Positions 46,821 through 55,756 of a stretch of 64,000 nucleotides of DNA are shown here, piece by piece. How positions within the stretch are numbered: the stretch's first letter is position 1; each line of letters starts with the position of its first letter. A model generated the notes under the pieces. It ran no database searches. It was given only the letters and a program-made list of their open reading frames with translations, and was not told the DNA's origin. Position numbers and translations under genes: made by a program. The stretch comes from Vicinamibacterales bacterium (lineage in GTDB: Bacteria > Acidobacteriota > Vicinamibacteria > Vicinamibacterales > UBA8438), in assembly GCA_965116825.1 (NCBI GenBank), contig OZ220736.1, positions 5,435,888-5,499,887 on the forward strand, in the 5' to 3' direction.

Positions 46821-47126
46821 CTAGCCGTCACGCCCGAAGCCCCTGGGCAGCTCGACGGCCTCCAGTACCGACAGATCCAGATCGCAGACCTGCTCGAGCA
46901 ACTCCGCGGTCGCGGACCCGTCAAGCGATTCCGGCAACGCGTCCTGCCACTGTCGGTACTGTTCCTGCAACTCCAGGAGCGTCTGCACCGCGTCGTTCCA
47001 CTGCTGCGGCCGCGATCTCCGGTCCGCGGGCCGACGGTACCGGATCCGGGATTCGCCGGCCTTGCTCCGCTCCCGGTACCGTGCCTGCCGCTCCGCGTTC
47101 GTCAGCGCCACACGACTATCCTGCAC
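46821..47126 (-). CDS. Small conserved hypothetical protein often seen on mobile elements
   Basis: VALTNAERQARYRERSK...RYRRPADRRSRPQQWNDAVQTLLELQEQYRQWQDALPESLDGSATAELLEQVCDLDLSVLEAVELPRGFGRD resembles a recurrent plasmid/island protein (recollection only). GTG start at 47124-47126 proposed. The track ORF begins at 47345. Confidence 0.45.
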   Translation of the reverse strand: MQDSRVALTNAERQARYRERSKAGESRIRYRRPADRRSRPQQWNDAVQTLLELQEQYRQWQDALPESLDGSATAELLEQVCDLDLSVLEAVELPRGFGRDG

Positions 47127-47482
47127 CGTTACGTAACGGACCGCGGAAGCGGTCGGCCGAGCGATCGAGACGCAAGGGTGGCGACAGACCCACCGCTCGG
47201 TTGCCGTCGGCATCGGTGTATGCGTGCACGTTGGTCCGCGACAGCGGAGCGGCTCCCCAGCGCCGCACTTCCGGGCAGTCGAACGTGGGCCAGTCTTCCG
47301 GCTGGCCCGCAAGGGCTTCCCGCACGCTCGGCCACAGGCAGTCACCCGAAGGGCCGGAGCGTAGCGGAGGACCCGCGCAGCGGGTTGACGGCCTGTGGTT
47401 GAGTGTGCGCGAGGTAAACGTTCCGAGTGCAGCGAGGGCCTTCATAACCGCCAGCTCGCCGATGTCTCGGACTACACAGGTT

Positions 47483-48304
47483 TCAGGAAGCAGCGGGTCG
47501 ACGGCGCCGCGGCAACAGCGGACCCGGCGGACGGCCACGACGTGCTGGCGGTGGTGATGGCGCCGGCGACGTCGGCCGCGACGGGTCAGTTCGATAGCTC
47601 GGCACGTCGAACTCGAGTACCACCGAGTGGTGTACCAGCCGGTCGATCGCCGCGGCAGTGGCCATCTGGTCGCGGAAGATCCGGTCCCACTGGCTGAACA
47701 CCAGGTTGCTGGTCACCATCACCGAGCGTCGCTCGTAGCGCTCGGCAAGCAGCGTGAACAGCACCTCGGCCTCGTCGGGACTCTGCTGCACGTAGCCCAG
47801 GTCGTCGGCCAGGATCACCTCAAAGAGGTCGAGCTTGCGCAGTGCCCGCGGCAGGTCGAGGTCGCGTTTGGCGCCGAGCAATTCCTGGACCAGGGCGTAG
47901 GCCGGCACACACAACACGCTGTGGCCGGCTTCGACCAGCGCGTGCGCGACCGCGCACAACGCGTGGCTCTTGCCGACGCCCGGCAGACCGAAGGCAAGCA
48001 CATTGGTCGCCGTCTCGAGGAACGCTCCGGTCGCCAGCGTCTTCAACTGCTGTACGACCGGCCCCGGTAACCGGCCCGTGTCGAGCGTCTCGAACGTCTT
48101 GCCGGGCGGCAGACGCGATGCTCGTCGCAGCCGGGCAATCCGGCGCTGGCGGCGTGCCTCGGCTTCGGCCTCGAAGACTTCCAACAGCACCGGCAGCGCG
48201 TCGTGGTGACCGGCCTGCGTCAATCGCGGCACCAGCTCCTCGGACGCCGTCGTCAGGTTGAACTGCGTCAGCAGCGTCGTCACCTGCGTGCTCGGTGCCG
48301 TCAT
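47483..48304 (-). CDS. istB: IS21-family helper ATPase IstB
   Basis: ATG at 48302-48304. Walker A GLPGVGKSH, Walker B ILADDLGY, and ...ERYERRSVMVTSNLVFSQWDRIF...AAAIDRLVHHS. Confidence 0.9.
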   Translation of the reverse strand: MTAPSTQVTTLLTQFNLTTASEELVPRLTQAGHHDALPVLLEVFEAEAEARRQRRIARLRRASRLPPGKTFETLDTGRLPGPVVQQLKTLATGAFLETATNVLAFGLPGVGKSHALCAVAHALVEAGHSVLCVPAYALVQELLGAKRDLDLPRALRKLDLFEVILADDLGYVQQSPDEAEVLFTLLAERYERRSVMVTSNLVFSQWDRIFRDQMATAAAIDRLVHHSVVLEFDVPSYRTDPSRPTSPAPSPPPARRGRPPGPLLPRRRRPAAS

Positions 48305-49893
48305 CCTTGCAGGCCTCCGGTCAACAGCGCGTCGTACCGCGTCAGGTCCGGCCGAGGGATGTTCACCACGGGAATGGTTGGGACCGGCGGACTCACCTCG
48401 GCCTGGACGCTGGCATAGTCGCACGCGACGCCGGCGTCGAGTCGGGCCCGAAGCGTTGCCTCGACCTGTCGTTCACTGGTCGTGGCCGCCAAGTGCAGCA
48501 GCCGCACATACTCGACGTCGGCCCGCTCGCCGTGCGTCCGCCCGAGCGCGTCATACGCCGACCGGAACGTCAGCGACGGAAACAGCTCTTCCCGGAAGCG
48601 ATACCGGGCAAAGGCGCCCGGCTTGCGGACCAGACTCCCGATGATATGGCGATACTCGATCCGGTGGTCCGCCGAGCCCCGCAGCCGTGGCATCGTGCAC
48701 AGCACCCGGCCGCCGTAGAGGACCTCGACCGTCGACGGATGCTGGCGCGCTTCGACCGTGTGACCGATCAGGCGCGACGGCACCGAGTAGATCCGGCTGC
48801 CGATGCGAATCGTGCTCCACTTGCGCACCCGGCACTGGAACGTCGTGTACTCCGGGATCCGCGCCGCCGGCAACGGCCGCAGAGACAGACGCTCCTCGGC
48901 CAGCCGAGCCGCCGCCGGCCTGTTCCGCTCCTCGTCGACGACCGCACGCACGAAGCCCAGATACGCCGACTCGTCCGCGAAGTCTCTGTCGCCCCGCAAC
49001 AGCAACGCCTGCTCGATGGCCGTCTTCGTGCGGAAGTGCGCCTGCTCGGCCACCCCGTTCTCGTGCGGTTTCCCCGGCTGGATCCGCGACGAGTCCAGCC
49101 CGTAGTGGTCCAGCACCTGCCGGAACCGCGCCGTCAACTGACGCCCACCGCTGCGTTTCAGCTCGTGCGTCGCCGCCGACAGGTTGTCGTGACGGAGCAC
49201 TGCCGGCACCGCGCCCAGCATCCACAGCGCCCCCTGCAGGCCCGCCACCAGCGCCTCGAACGTCTCGCTCAGCGCCAGTCCCACATACGTCCACTTGCTG
49301 TAGCTCAGCACCCACTCGAACAGCAGGTGCGCGAACGGCACGCCCCGGATCGTCACCCGCAGGTCGCTCGCGTCGGTGAAGTCGAACGCCGCTTCCCGGC
49401 CCGGGACCGCCACCTGCTCGAAGTACACCTCGCGGTCCGCACCGTACTGCACCCGCCAGTCGCGGACCCGCCGCTGCAGCGTCCGTAGCTGTCCCTCCTG
49501 AAAGCGACCCGGATGCCGCCGGCACAGCGCCTTGAACAGCGTCAGCACCTGCAGCCGGCCGTCGGTGTCGGCCACCAGCTGCGGCACCACCTCCGACTCC
49601 CACACCTCGGCGAACGGGTCTTCCCGCGTCCGCCACGTCCGCGGCCCCTTCGCCGTCGACGGCAACGCGCCGCTCTGCCACTGTCGCGCTGTCCGCTCGC
49701 TCATTCCCGCGGCCGCCGCGGCCGCCGCCAACGTCTTCCCCGACATCCGTTTCTCTCGCAATCGTCGAACCTGCGCATCCGTGACCAACCCGTCCTCCAC
49801 GAGGAAAACGGGCAGTCTCACACGACTCTGGGTGGGTCCACGAACCGGCGATCGCGTCCTCGGCAACCGGCAGAAATAATTGTCGTTGATCAC
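48301..49893 (-). CDS. istA: IS21-family transposase IstA
   Basis: 530-aa ORF. HTH (MSERTARQWQSG), DDE core (DFTD...HDNLSAAT...PHENGVAEQAH), and the C-terminal region typical of IstA. The actual start may be internal. Confidence 0.9.
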   Translation of the reverse strand: MINDNYFCRLPRTRSPVRGPTQSRVRLPVFLVEDGLVTDAQVRRLREKRMSGKTLAAAAAAAGMSERTARQWQSGALPSTAKGPRTWRTREDPFAEVWESEVVPQLVADTDGRLQVLTLFKALCRRHPGRFQEGQLRTLQRRVRDWRVQYGADREVYFEQVAVPGREAAFDFTDASDLRVTIRGVPFAHLLFEWVLSYSKWTYVGLALSETFEALVAGLQGALWMLGAVPAVLRHDNLSAATHELKRSGGRQLTARFRQVLDHYGLDSSRIQPGKPHENGVAEQAHFRTKTAIEQALLLRGDRDFADESAYLGFVRAVVDEERNRPAAARLAEERLSLRPLPAARIPEYTTFQCRVRKWSTIRIGSRIYSVPSRLIGHTVEARQHPSTVEVLYGGRVLCTMPRLRGSADHRIEYRHIIGSLVRKPGAFARYRFREELFPSLTFRSAYDALGRTHGERADVEYVRLLHLAATTSERQVEATLRARLDAGVACDYASVQAEVSPPVPTIPVVNIPRPDLTRYDALLTGGLQG

Positions 49894-50224
49894 CCGGCGC
49901 TACTTGGTGCTGGCTTGGCGTTGGTGCGAGCGAGCGGAGCTGCTCGACCAAGGGAAGGAAGTGCTGACAGCGCCAGCGACACCGTTCGGCATCGAGACGA
50001 TCAACTGGTCGCGGGAACTCCCGACGCAACGGCCGCGCTAAACCGCTCGGCACGCGCGGGGATGGGACCCTGCCGCGCCGGGCGCAGCCGGCGCCCCCCT
50101 CCGCGCCGACCCGCATCGTGGTGGCGAAGGACGAACGCCGCGCGCATGCGGTCGACCGCATGCGCGCCCGAGCATTGCCCTGGCCCGAGGGCTATGCCTT
50201 CGATCGCGATGAAGTCAACACCCG

Positions 50225-50407
50225 ATGACCGCCTTCATCGACACCAATGTACTCATCTACGCGCACGGAGACGGCGCGAAGAGCGAGACGGCGCGGCAGG
50301 TGGTCCTGGCCTCGGCCCTCGACACCGGCTGCGACACGCTGCTGACGAAGGATCTTCAGGCCGGCCCACGTGTCGACGGCCTGAGCATCGTCAATCCGTT
50401 CGTCTGA
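50225..50407 (+). pseudogene. VapC-type PIN toxin with a large internal deletion
   Basis: MTAFIDTNVLIYAH (N-terminal PIN Asp) is joined directly to ...ALDTGCDTLLTKDLQAGPRVDGLSIVNPF (PIN C-terminus). It is 60 aa against ~130 aa normally. ATGA overlap with a short upstream frame ending ...LPWPEGYAFDRDEVNTR (VapB-like tail, 50118-50228). Confidence 0.6.
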
Positions 50408-51080
50408 AGCGCCGCCCGGTTTGCCGCCTGCAGATCGGCAGCGCAGCCGCGCCCACGCGCGCCCCGGTGTCCAGTCATCGCTTTCAGGCAACCCCGAAAC
50501 GGCAAGTGGCATTGGTCCTTTTCTCGACAAAGCGTGACGCCGAGGAAGCCGCGAAGCGGACTGGGCGACCGTCGGACAAACCACGGTTACGTCTGATAAT
50601 GGCTCTTCGGTAAACCCGATTTCGGGCCAGCGTTTACAGCGGGTTCCGACCCGGGAGTCGTGATTATGGCGACCCCCCGGTCCAAGGCCGGTGGCCGCCG
50701 CCGCGACGGCAGCGATGCCGGGCACGCCCTCGCACGCCAGGATCCAGCTGAAGGAACGGCCTCGTGACGGGCCGATGGAGCAGAACTGAAGGACCTTTCA
50801 CGATTTCCCGCCGCCGATGCCATCGGCTTCGATGCGCAGCACTTCCGGCGGACGTCTCGGGTCGTCAAGCTCACCGACCGGTAACCAGAACCACTCAGGA
50901 TGACCGTCAACGCGATACGTGAAGAACCCGTTGCGGGAATGTCTAGCCTTATCAGGCTTCGTCGGCGTGTATTTGTCCCGTACCGGCGAACCGCACAACT
51001 TCACAGTCAGGACACCCAATTTCGTCCTCCTCGCAACCCGCGCGGACCCCGTGTGGGCCAGGTGTGGGCCAGCCCCCGGC

Positions 51081-51491
51081 TCAGCGAGCCACAGGCCCAA
51101 CCGGTCCAGGTCGCGGGGACGGCTGCCGGCCGCACAGGCGCATCGAGCGCTCAGCCACGCACTCATCGAAGCTGCTCGCCGGCCCCGATTCACAAAAGCT
51201 CCGCACCGACTCCCAGCACTCAACCACCCGACGGGCGTTTGTCTGTGCCTCCGCCCGTGTCCGCTCGTCGACCAGCGCTTCGAACTCGCGCTTGAACGTC
51301 TCACTGCTGACGGCGAGAGCAATGCACACCTGCGGCATCTCCTCGATATCCACTGTCGACGCAAGCTCGAGGCATCCCAGAGCCACCTGCCGCGTCTGTT
51401 CCTCCGCGTACCGGCGATAACCGTAGAACGCCGAGGCAGCGACGACGACGAGGACGATGCACGCCAACGCAATCCGACGGCGCGTGAACAT
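51081..51491 (-). CDS. Small membrane-anchored hypothetical protein
   Basis: ATG at 51489-51491: MFTRRRIALACIVLVVVAASAFYGY (N-terminal TM), then a Cys-containing soluble part. No family recognised. Confidence 0.45.
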   Translation of the reverse strand: MFTRRRIALACIVLVVVAASAFYGYRRYAEEQTRQVALGCLELASTVDIEEMPQVCIALAVSSETFKREFEALVDERTRAEAQTNARRVVECWESVRSFCESGPASSFDECVAERSMRLCGRQPSPRPGPVGPVAR

Positions 51492-51554
51492 CAGCTCTTC
51501 CTCCCAGATCCCTACGGCCGACAAGAAGGGGTTCCAGCCTAGCAGCCTAGCAGC

Positions 51555-52110
51555 CTAGCACGGCCGTTGCCCCGGGTTGTTTTGCGGGAGGGGGCGAAAT
51601 CCTGCGCGCCGGGCGCCAGCGTTCGGTTGCCCTGCCGGCTGGTCACGTTCGGCGCGCGGTTGCGATCTGCCGCCACTACGTCGATGACGTCGACGGCGCC
51701 CGGCGCCATCGCGATGCCGGCCCCGGAATCGCGGCCCCACGCCCTCGGCCTCGATGTCCAGCGCAGCGCCCGCCAGCGCCTCGCGGAGCTGCGACAGGCT
51801 GACGCGGGCCGGGCCGCCCGCCCCTTCCAGCATCAGCGCCGCGATGGCCGCCGCGTGCGGTGGCCGACACCGACGTGCCGCAGAAGGTCGAGAAGCCGGG
51901 CGTCCGACGTCGACACGCACGCCGCCGCCACAAGGTCCGGCTTCTGTAGCAGCTTGCCGCCCGTCGACGAGAAGTCGCCTGACGTGACAGGCCATGCCGT
52001 CCGCCTCGAAGAACACCCGGCGCGGCCCGTCCGAGCTGTACGTCTCGACCGATTCCGTGCCGTCGAAGACACCGCCGGCGATGCCCAGATCCTTCGACCT
52101 GAAATTCGCA
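51555..52110 (-). pseudogene. Subtilisin-like (S8) serine peptidase, C-terminal remnant with frameshifts
   Basis: Pieces across three frames: DFSSTGGKLLQKPDLVAA.., FCGTSVSA.. (catalytic Ser motif GTS), PHAAAIAALMLEGAGGPARVSLSQLREAL.. Confidence 0.55.
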
Positions 52111-52120
52111 CGGATTCAGT

Positions 52121-52640
52121 TCACCCCCGACGGGGGTGTAGTCGGTGTGCTCGACCGCCACGTTGACGTGCCGGTCGGTCGGCCCGGCAGCCCGGTGCAG
52201 GTGACCGTGGACGTTGACGGCCCCGGCCGGTACCTTCAGCGGTGGTATGTGCGTCAGCACCAACGGCGGATCGGAGGCGCACAACGCGGTCCGGCAGGTC
52301 TTGTGGAAACCAGCTCGACGCAGTGCCGGAACGTCGCGGTCGTGATTGCCGAGGACCAGGAGTCGCTCGCCCGGGCTTTCGGCCAGGTCGAGCACGAGGC
52401 GGTCGTCGCGCCAGGCATCCGGATGGGCGACGTCGCCGAGGCAGATGACGGTGTCGCCGGCGTTGACGGCGGCGGCTCCAGTTCCCGAGCAGGTACCAGT
52501 CGGCATCGCCCGGCAGGTCCACCAGCAGCTCGCCGAAGACGTTTCTCCAGGACAGGATCCATGGTCGATTCTCGCCCGCTCAGAGCTTCGAAGTCGACCC
52601 GAGCGCCGCTCGACGCCACGAAATGAGCGAGAGAGGGCGC
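52121..52640 (-). pseudogene. Metallophosphoesterase with at least 2 frameshifts
   Basis: DTVICLGDVAH, LLVLGNHD, VNVHGHLH and NVAVEHTDYTPV lie in one frame. The N-terminal part (..RPWILSWRNVFGELL..WYLLGNW) lies in another. Motif I appears degenerate. Confidence 0.55.
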
Positions 52641-52771
52641 GCGGTGCGGGGGGAGGATCGAAGGCCGCCTCGCCTGCACCCGCCAGCGACCTCGCCGACC
52701 CCTCGGCCGGGGTAAACGTAACCGCCGTTTATCAGACGCTGGGTCAGATCCGGATCGTCGGCCCATCATCG

Positions 52772-52930
52772 TCAGGCTCGTCGAAGGGGCGGATCAACCA
52801 GATGGCGCTCGCCGATGACCAGCTTCTCCTGGTCGGTGTAGCCCGGCAGCTCGACCACGGCGAGCAGCTTGCGCACCGGCTCCAGGATCGCGCCCGGGTC
52901 GGTCGCCGCTGCCGGGCCGGTTCCGCCGGC
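52772..52930 (-). pseudogene. Lon-protease-like fragment
   Basis: Minus-strand frame reads ..AVVELPGYTDQEKLVIGERHLV.., like the Lon ..EVIELxGYTxxEKxxIAxxHL.. segment. Short and isolated. Confidence 0.3.
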
Positions 52931-53114
52931 GGAGATGGACGAACTCCCCGCGCGTGGCCGGCGCCCGACCCAGTTGCGGTTCGCCCCGCCTGCTCACGGG
53001 CGCCGAACATGGTTCCGCCCCGATTGGCAGGCATTGGGCGAACCTGTGGCCAGCGCCGCAACCTCGATCCCGTACACCTGCATTGTGCCCCCGGCGGGCA
53101 ACAAGGAGGTCTGC

Positions 53115-53309
53115 ATGCGACTGCTGACGTTACGGGAGGTGTGCGAGATGACCGGTCTGTCGCGCTCAAGCATCTACGCGATGATGGCGGCCGGCGAATT
53201 CCCCAGGCCGGTCCGAATCGGCGCCCGCGCCGTTCGATGGTACGAGAACGAGGTGCGAGCCTTCATCGCGAACCGACCCCGCGCCGGTTCCAACCGCTCC
53301 ATGAAGTGA
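53115..53309 (+). CDS. AlpA-family (prophage CP4-57-type) transcriptional regulator/excisionase
   Basis: AAGGAGG RBS, then ATG at 53115. MRLLTLREVCEMTGLSRSSIYAMMAAGEFPRPVRIGARAVRWYENEVRAFI is the canonical AlpA HTH. Confidence 0.85.
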   Translation: MRLLTLREVCEMTGLSRSSIYAMMAAGEFPRPVRIGARAVRWYENEVRAFIANRPRAGSNRSMK

Positions 53310-53791
53310 CGACACAGCGACTGACACGCAATGGGCGCAAGCGCCGTTCGCCCAGACGCCGAATGGGTCCGTCGGCGGCGGCGCGTTGGTCAACCGGACG
53401 GCCCTCGCCAATGGCAAATTGAATTAACGACCCGCGCACCACGAATTGCTACCGATACCCTCAGCCCGGGGTCAACACGACGCTCCACGATCGCCCCGCC
53501 CGTGCCGCCACAGCGATGTCAACAGCGGCCGTCGCGGCCCTCGGGCCGCCCGAAGCGCTGAGCGGCGGCTCGGTCACCGCGGCGTCGCCGGTTCGGACGG
53601 GCTTGCGGTTCGCTCCTTCAAGACGCGTGAGCTGATTTATCGATGGACATCACAGCTCGTCCTGTCGAGTGCGACTTCGTGAGCGTGATCGAAGCTCCCG
53701 AGGCTTGGCGCCGAGCAAGGCAGACCGAACAGGTCTTGCGCGTGCTCGACTGCAGATCGCAGAACGCGTTTCGCAACACTGCGCTCGTCAC

Positions 53792-55000
53792 TCACGACGG
53801 TGCTGTCGGACGCAGGCTGAGGCCGCCCTCGGCGATGACCGCCACCTCGCCGGCAAGGAACTCGGACCATGCGTCGAGCAGTGCCCGGCGCTTGTCCAGA
53901 AAAGTCGACCGCGAATAGCTCCGTTCGACAGCCGAGCCGACCGCATGCGACAGACTCGTTTCCATCACCGCGTAGTCCGCGTCCGCGCGCTCCGATGCCC
54001 ACGTGCGGAACGTCGAGCGCCAGCCGTGAGGCGACCCCGCGTCGGCGAGACCGGCCGACTTCATGACCCCGACCACGGTCGCCGCCGCCAACGAGCCGGC
54101 CCCCGCCTGCGGACTCGGGAAAACCAACGCGTCGTCGCCGTCGTGCCGGCGCAGCGACCGCACCGAGTCGAGCAACGCCACCGCCGCAGGAACCAGCGGT
54201 ACCACATGCTCGCGGTCCCGCTTCATCCGGCAAGCCGGGATGCGCCACTCGCCCGCGTCCTCGGCAATCTCTCCCCACGTCGCCAGCCGTGCTTCGGACG
54301 GGCGCGCCGCCGTCAGGATCTGGAACCGCAGGCAGGCCTTCGCCGATAGCGTCGCGCGGCACGTGTCGATCCGCTTCATCGCAGCCGGCGCGTCTGCATA
54401 CGGCACGCTGCGCATGTGCTCGCGTACGGCCGGCTGGGGAACGAGCGCGCCGGCCACCGCCGCGACCGGATCGACCTCGATCAGCCCCGCCGCGCGCGCA
54501 TGCCGGAAGAGGGCGCCGAGCGCCGTCCGCAGCTTCCGGCCGGTGCCCGGCTGCGACGTCCACACCCGTTCGAGGGCCCGCAGCACTTCCGGCTTGCCGA
54601 CCCGGTCGACCGGCAGGTCGAGCAGCTCGGCCGCGTGCCGCTCCAGCGTCGCCGCCCGCGCCTTGTATTCGCCCGGCGACAGCCGCGCCCGGTTCGAGTC
54701 GGCGACCTTGCCGGCGATCTTCCGCAGCGTCGGCATCGTCGAGCGCTGCGGCCCCGCGAACGGGTCTTCGCCCCGCTTGACCGCGAGCTTGTTGTCGAGC
54801 GCCCACGCGCGAGCCTGCGCCAGACTCACGACGTCCACCGAGCCGAGCCCGCGGTCGATTCTGCCCCGACCCGGCACCGTGAGCCGTTGCACCCAGGACC
54901 GCGTCCCGCTACGCTGCACGAACAGATGCAGCCCGTGCCCGTCCGAATACCTGCCCGGCTTGCGCAGCGTCTGAACCTGTCGAGCCGTCAACCTCTTCAT
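53792..55000 (-). CDS. int: P4-type tyrosine integrase (DUF4102 arm-binding N-domain)
   Basis: 402-aa ORF. LTARQVQTLRKPGRYSDGHGLHLFVQRSGTRSWVQR (DUF4102), ...TAARPSEARLATWGEI..., HGWRSTFRTWASE, ...VERSYSRS (catalytic Tyr). Confidence 0.9.
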   Translation of the reverse strand: MKRLTARQVQTLRKPGRYSDGHGLHLFVQRSGTRSWVQRLTVPGRGRIDRGLGSVDVVSLAQARAWALDNKLAVKRGEDPFAGPQRSTMPTLRKIAGKVADSNRARLSPGEYKARAATLERHAAELLDLPVDRVGKPEVLRALERVWTSQPGTGRKLRTALGALFRHARAAGLIEVDPVAAVAGALVPQPAVREHMRSVPYADAPAAMKRIDTCRATLSAKACLRFQILTAARPSEARLATWGEIAEDAGEWRIPACRMKRDREHVVPLVPAAVALLDSVRSLRRHDGDDALVFPSPQAGAGSLAAATVVGVMKSAGLADAGSPHGWRSTFRTWASERADADYAVMETSLSHAVGSAVERSYSRSTFLDKRRALLDAWSEFLAGEVAVIAEGGLSLRPTAPS

Positions 55001-55021
55001 GGCGTCCCCTGCGAAACAGGC

Positions 55022-55039
55022 TTACCACTAGGTTACCAC
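55022..55039. promoter_or_regulatory. Direct TTACCAC repeats (11-bp spacing) upstream of int; same motif and orientation as at the left island edge
   Basis: cTTACCACtagGTTACCACt lies 22-39 nt upstream of the int start codon. Compare tTTACCACgcacGTTACCACg at 34139-34158. Confidence 0.35.
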
Positions 55040-55190
55040 TTTTTGCACGGGATTGGGTGGGATTTCCCTGGCGTGTCCGGGAACGTGATTTCAGAAATAC
55101 TCCCAGTTCCATTGTTGTTTTCGGAACACATCGGAACGATTGGGAATTCGCTATCTATCTTCGCGCTGGACGAGTAGCGAATCGTCTCGA

Positions 55191-55228
55191 AAGGGGCTCG
55201 GCGGCCGTCGCGGCGGCCGAGACCCCTT
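55191..55228 (-). terminator. GC-rich hairpin immediately downstream of the MaoC gene
   Basis: AAGGGGCTCGGC...GCCGAGaCCCCTT: 12 outer bp with a 1-nt bulge, plus further inner pairs. It starts 5 nt after the maoC-like stop on the minus strand. No clear U-tract. Confidence 0.35.
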
Positions 55229-55232
55229 CCGC

Positions 55233-55691
55233 TCAGGCGAAGACCAGCGTCACGGTCTCGGCCACGCACGCCGGCTTCGTCTCGCCCTCGATCTCGATCA
55301 CGAATCTGCTGATCACGCGTACGGAATCGGTTGCCGCCCGTTCGACCGACTTGATGGTCTGCACGCCCCGCACCCGCGCACCGACCGGCACGGCGTTGGG
55401 AAAGCGAACCCGATTGACGCCGTAGTTGATGACGCGCGACACGGCGCCGATAGACAGGATCTGGCTGCGGAAGCCGGGAATCAGGGACAGGGTCAGGAAT
55501 CCGTGCGCCACCGGAGCGCCGTACGGCGACTCGCGCCGCGCACGCTCGACGTCGCAGTGGATCCACTGGTGATCGAAGGTGGCGTCCGCGAATCGGTCTA
55601 CCAACTCCTGCGTGACCGTCAGCCACGCGCTGGCCCCCACCTCCAGACCGGCCAGCCGCTCGAGCTCGTCCAGCCCCTGTACCGCGCGCAA
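55233..55691 (-). CDS. MaoC-family (R-specific enoyl-CoA hydratase-like) dehydratase
   Basis: 152-aa ORF. FADATFDHQWIHCDVERARRESPYGAPVAHGFLTLSL is the hot-dog/MaoC motif. Confidence 0.85.
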   Translation of the reverse strand: MRAVQGLDELERLAGLEVGASAWLTVTQELVDRFADATFDHQWIHCDVERARRESPYGAPVAHGFLTLSLIPGFRSQILSIGAVSRVINYGVNRVRFPNAVPVGARVRGVQTIKSVERAATDSVRVISRFVIEIEGETKPACVAETVTLVFA

Positions 55692-55756
55692 GAGTTCCTC
55701 TCCCGCCTCGGGCGCAAGGCGCCCGAGGCCCCGACGCCCTCCGAGCCCAATTCCCT

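Larger units (their letters stand above)
47483..49893 (-). mobile_element. IS21-family element (istA-istB); terminal repeats not resolved
   Basis: istA and istB overlap by ATGA (48301-48304). I could not define convincing terminal inverted repeats by eye. The true ends probably lie near 47450 and 49900-50050. Confidence 0.8.
34086..55190. mobile_element. Composite integrative island (~21 kb): integrase, AlpA, IS copies, pseudogenes, low-GC cargo
   Basis: It sits between the core XoxF-like and MaoC genes. It contains a P4-type int (53792-55000), alpA, IS630 x2, IS21, and IS66/IS4/IS110 remnants. GGTTAC(CAC) repeats occur at both edges. Spot GC is 48-53% in cargo genes against ~73% in the flanks. 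Boundaries are approximate. Confidence 0.5.

Noticed and set aside
47116-47445. Possible small minus-strand gene (MKALAALGTFTSRTLNHRPS...) between IS21 and the 46821 gene.
   Set aside because: It has G/R/P-rich composition and no recognisable motif. It could equally be IS21 terminal sequence.
50638-50660. GGGTTCCGACCCGGG segment resembling a tRNA T-arm, a possible tRNA-derived att remnant.
   Set aside because: The stem is only 4 bp with a 6-nt loop. There is no acceptor, CCA or anticodon context, and no matching copy at the island edges.
50798-51004. Possible 68-aa minus-strand ORF (VKLCGSPVRDKYTPTKPDKARHSRNGFFTYRVDGHPEWFWLPVGELDD...).
   Set aside because: It looks protein-like and lies in lower-GC DNA. 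However, it has only a GTG start with no RBS that I could see, and no family match. The support is too weak to list as a feature.
55001-55232. A tRNA or tmRNA gene next to the integrase, the usual P4-type target.
   Set aside because: I could not fold any cloverleaf here by eye. I found only the TTACCAC repeats and a terminator-like hairpin. A tRNAscan-SE or ARAGORN run is still needed.
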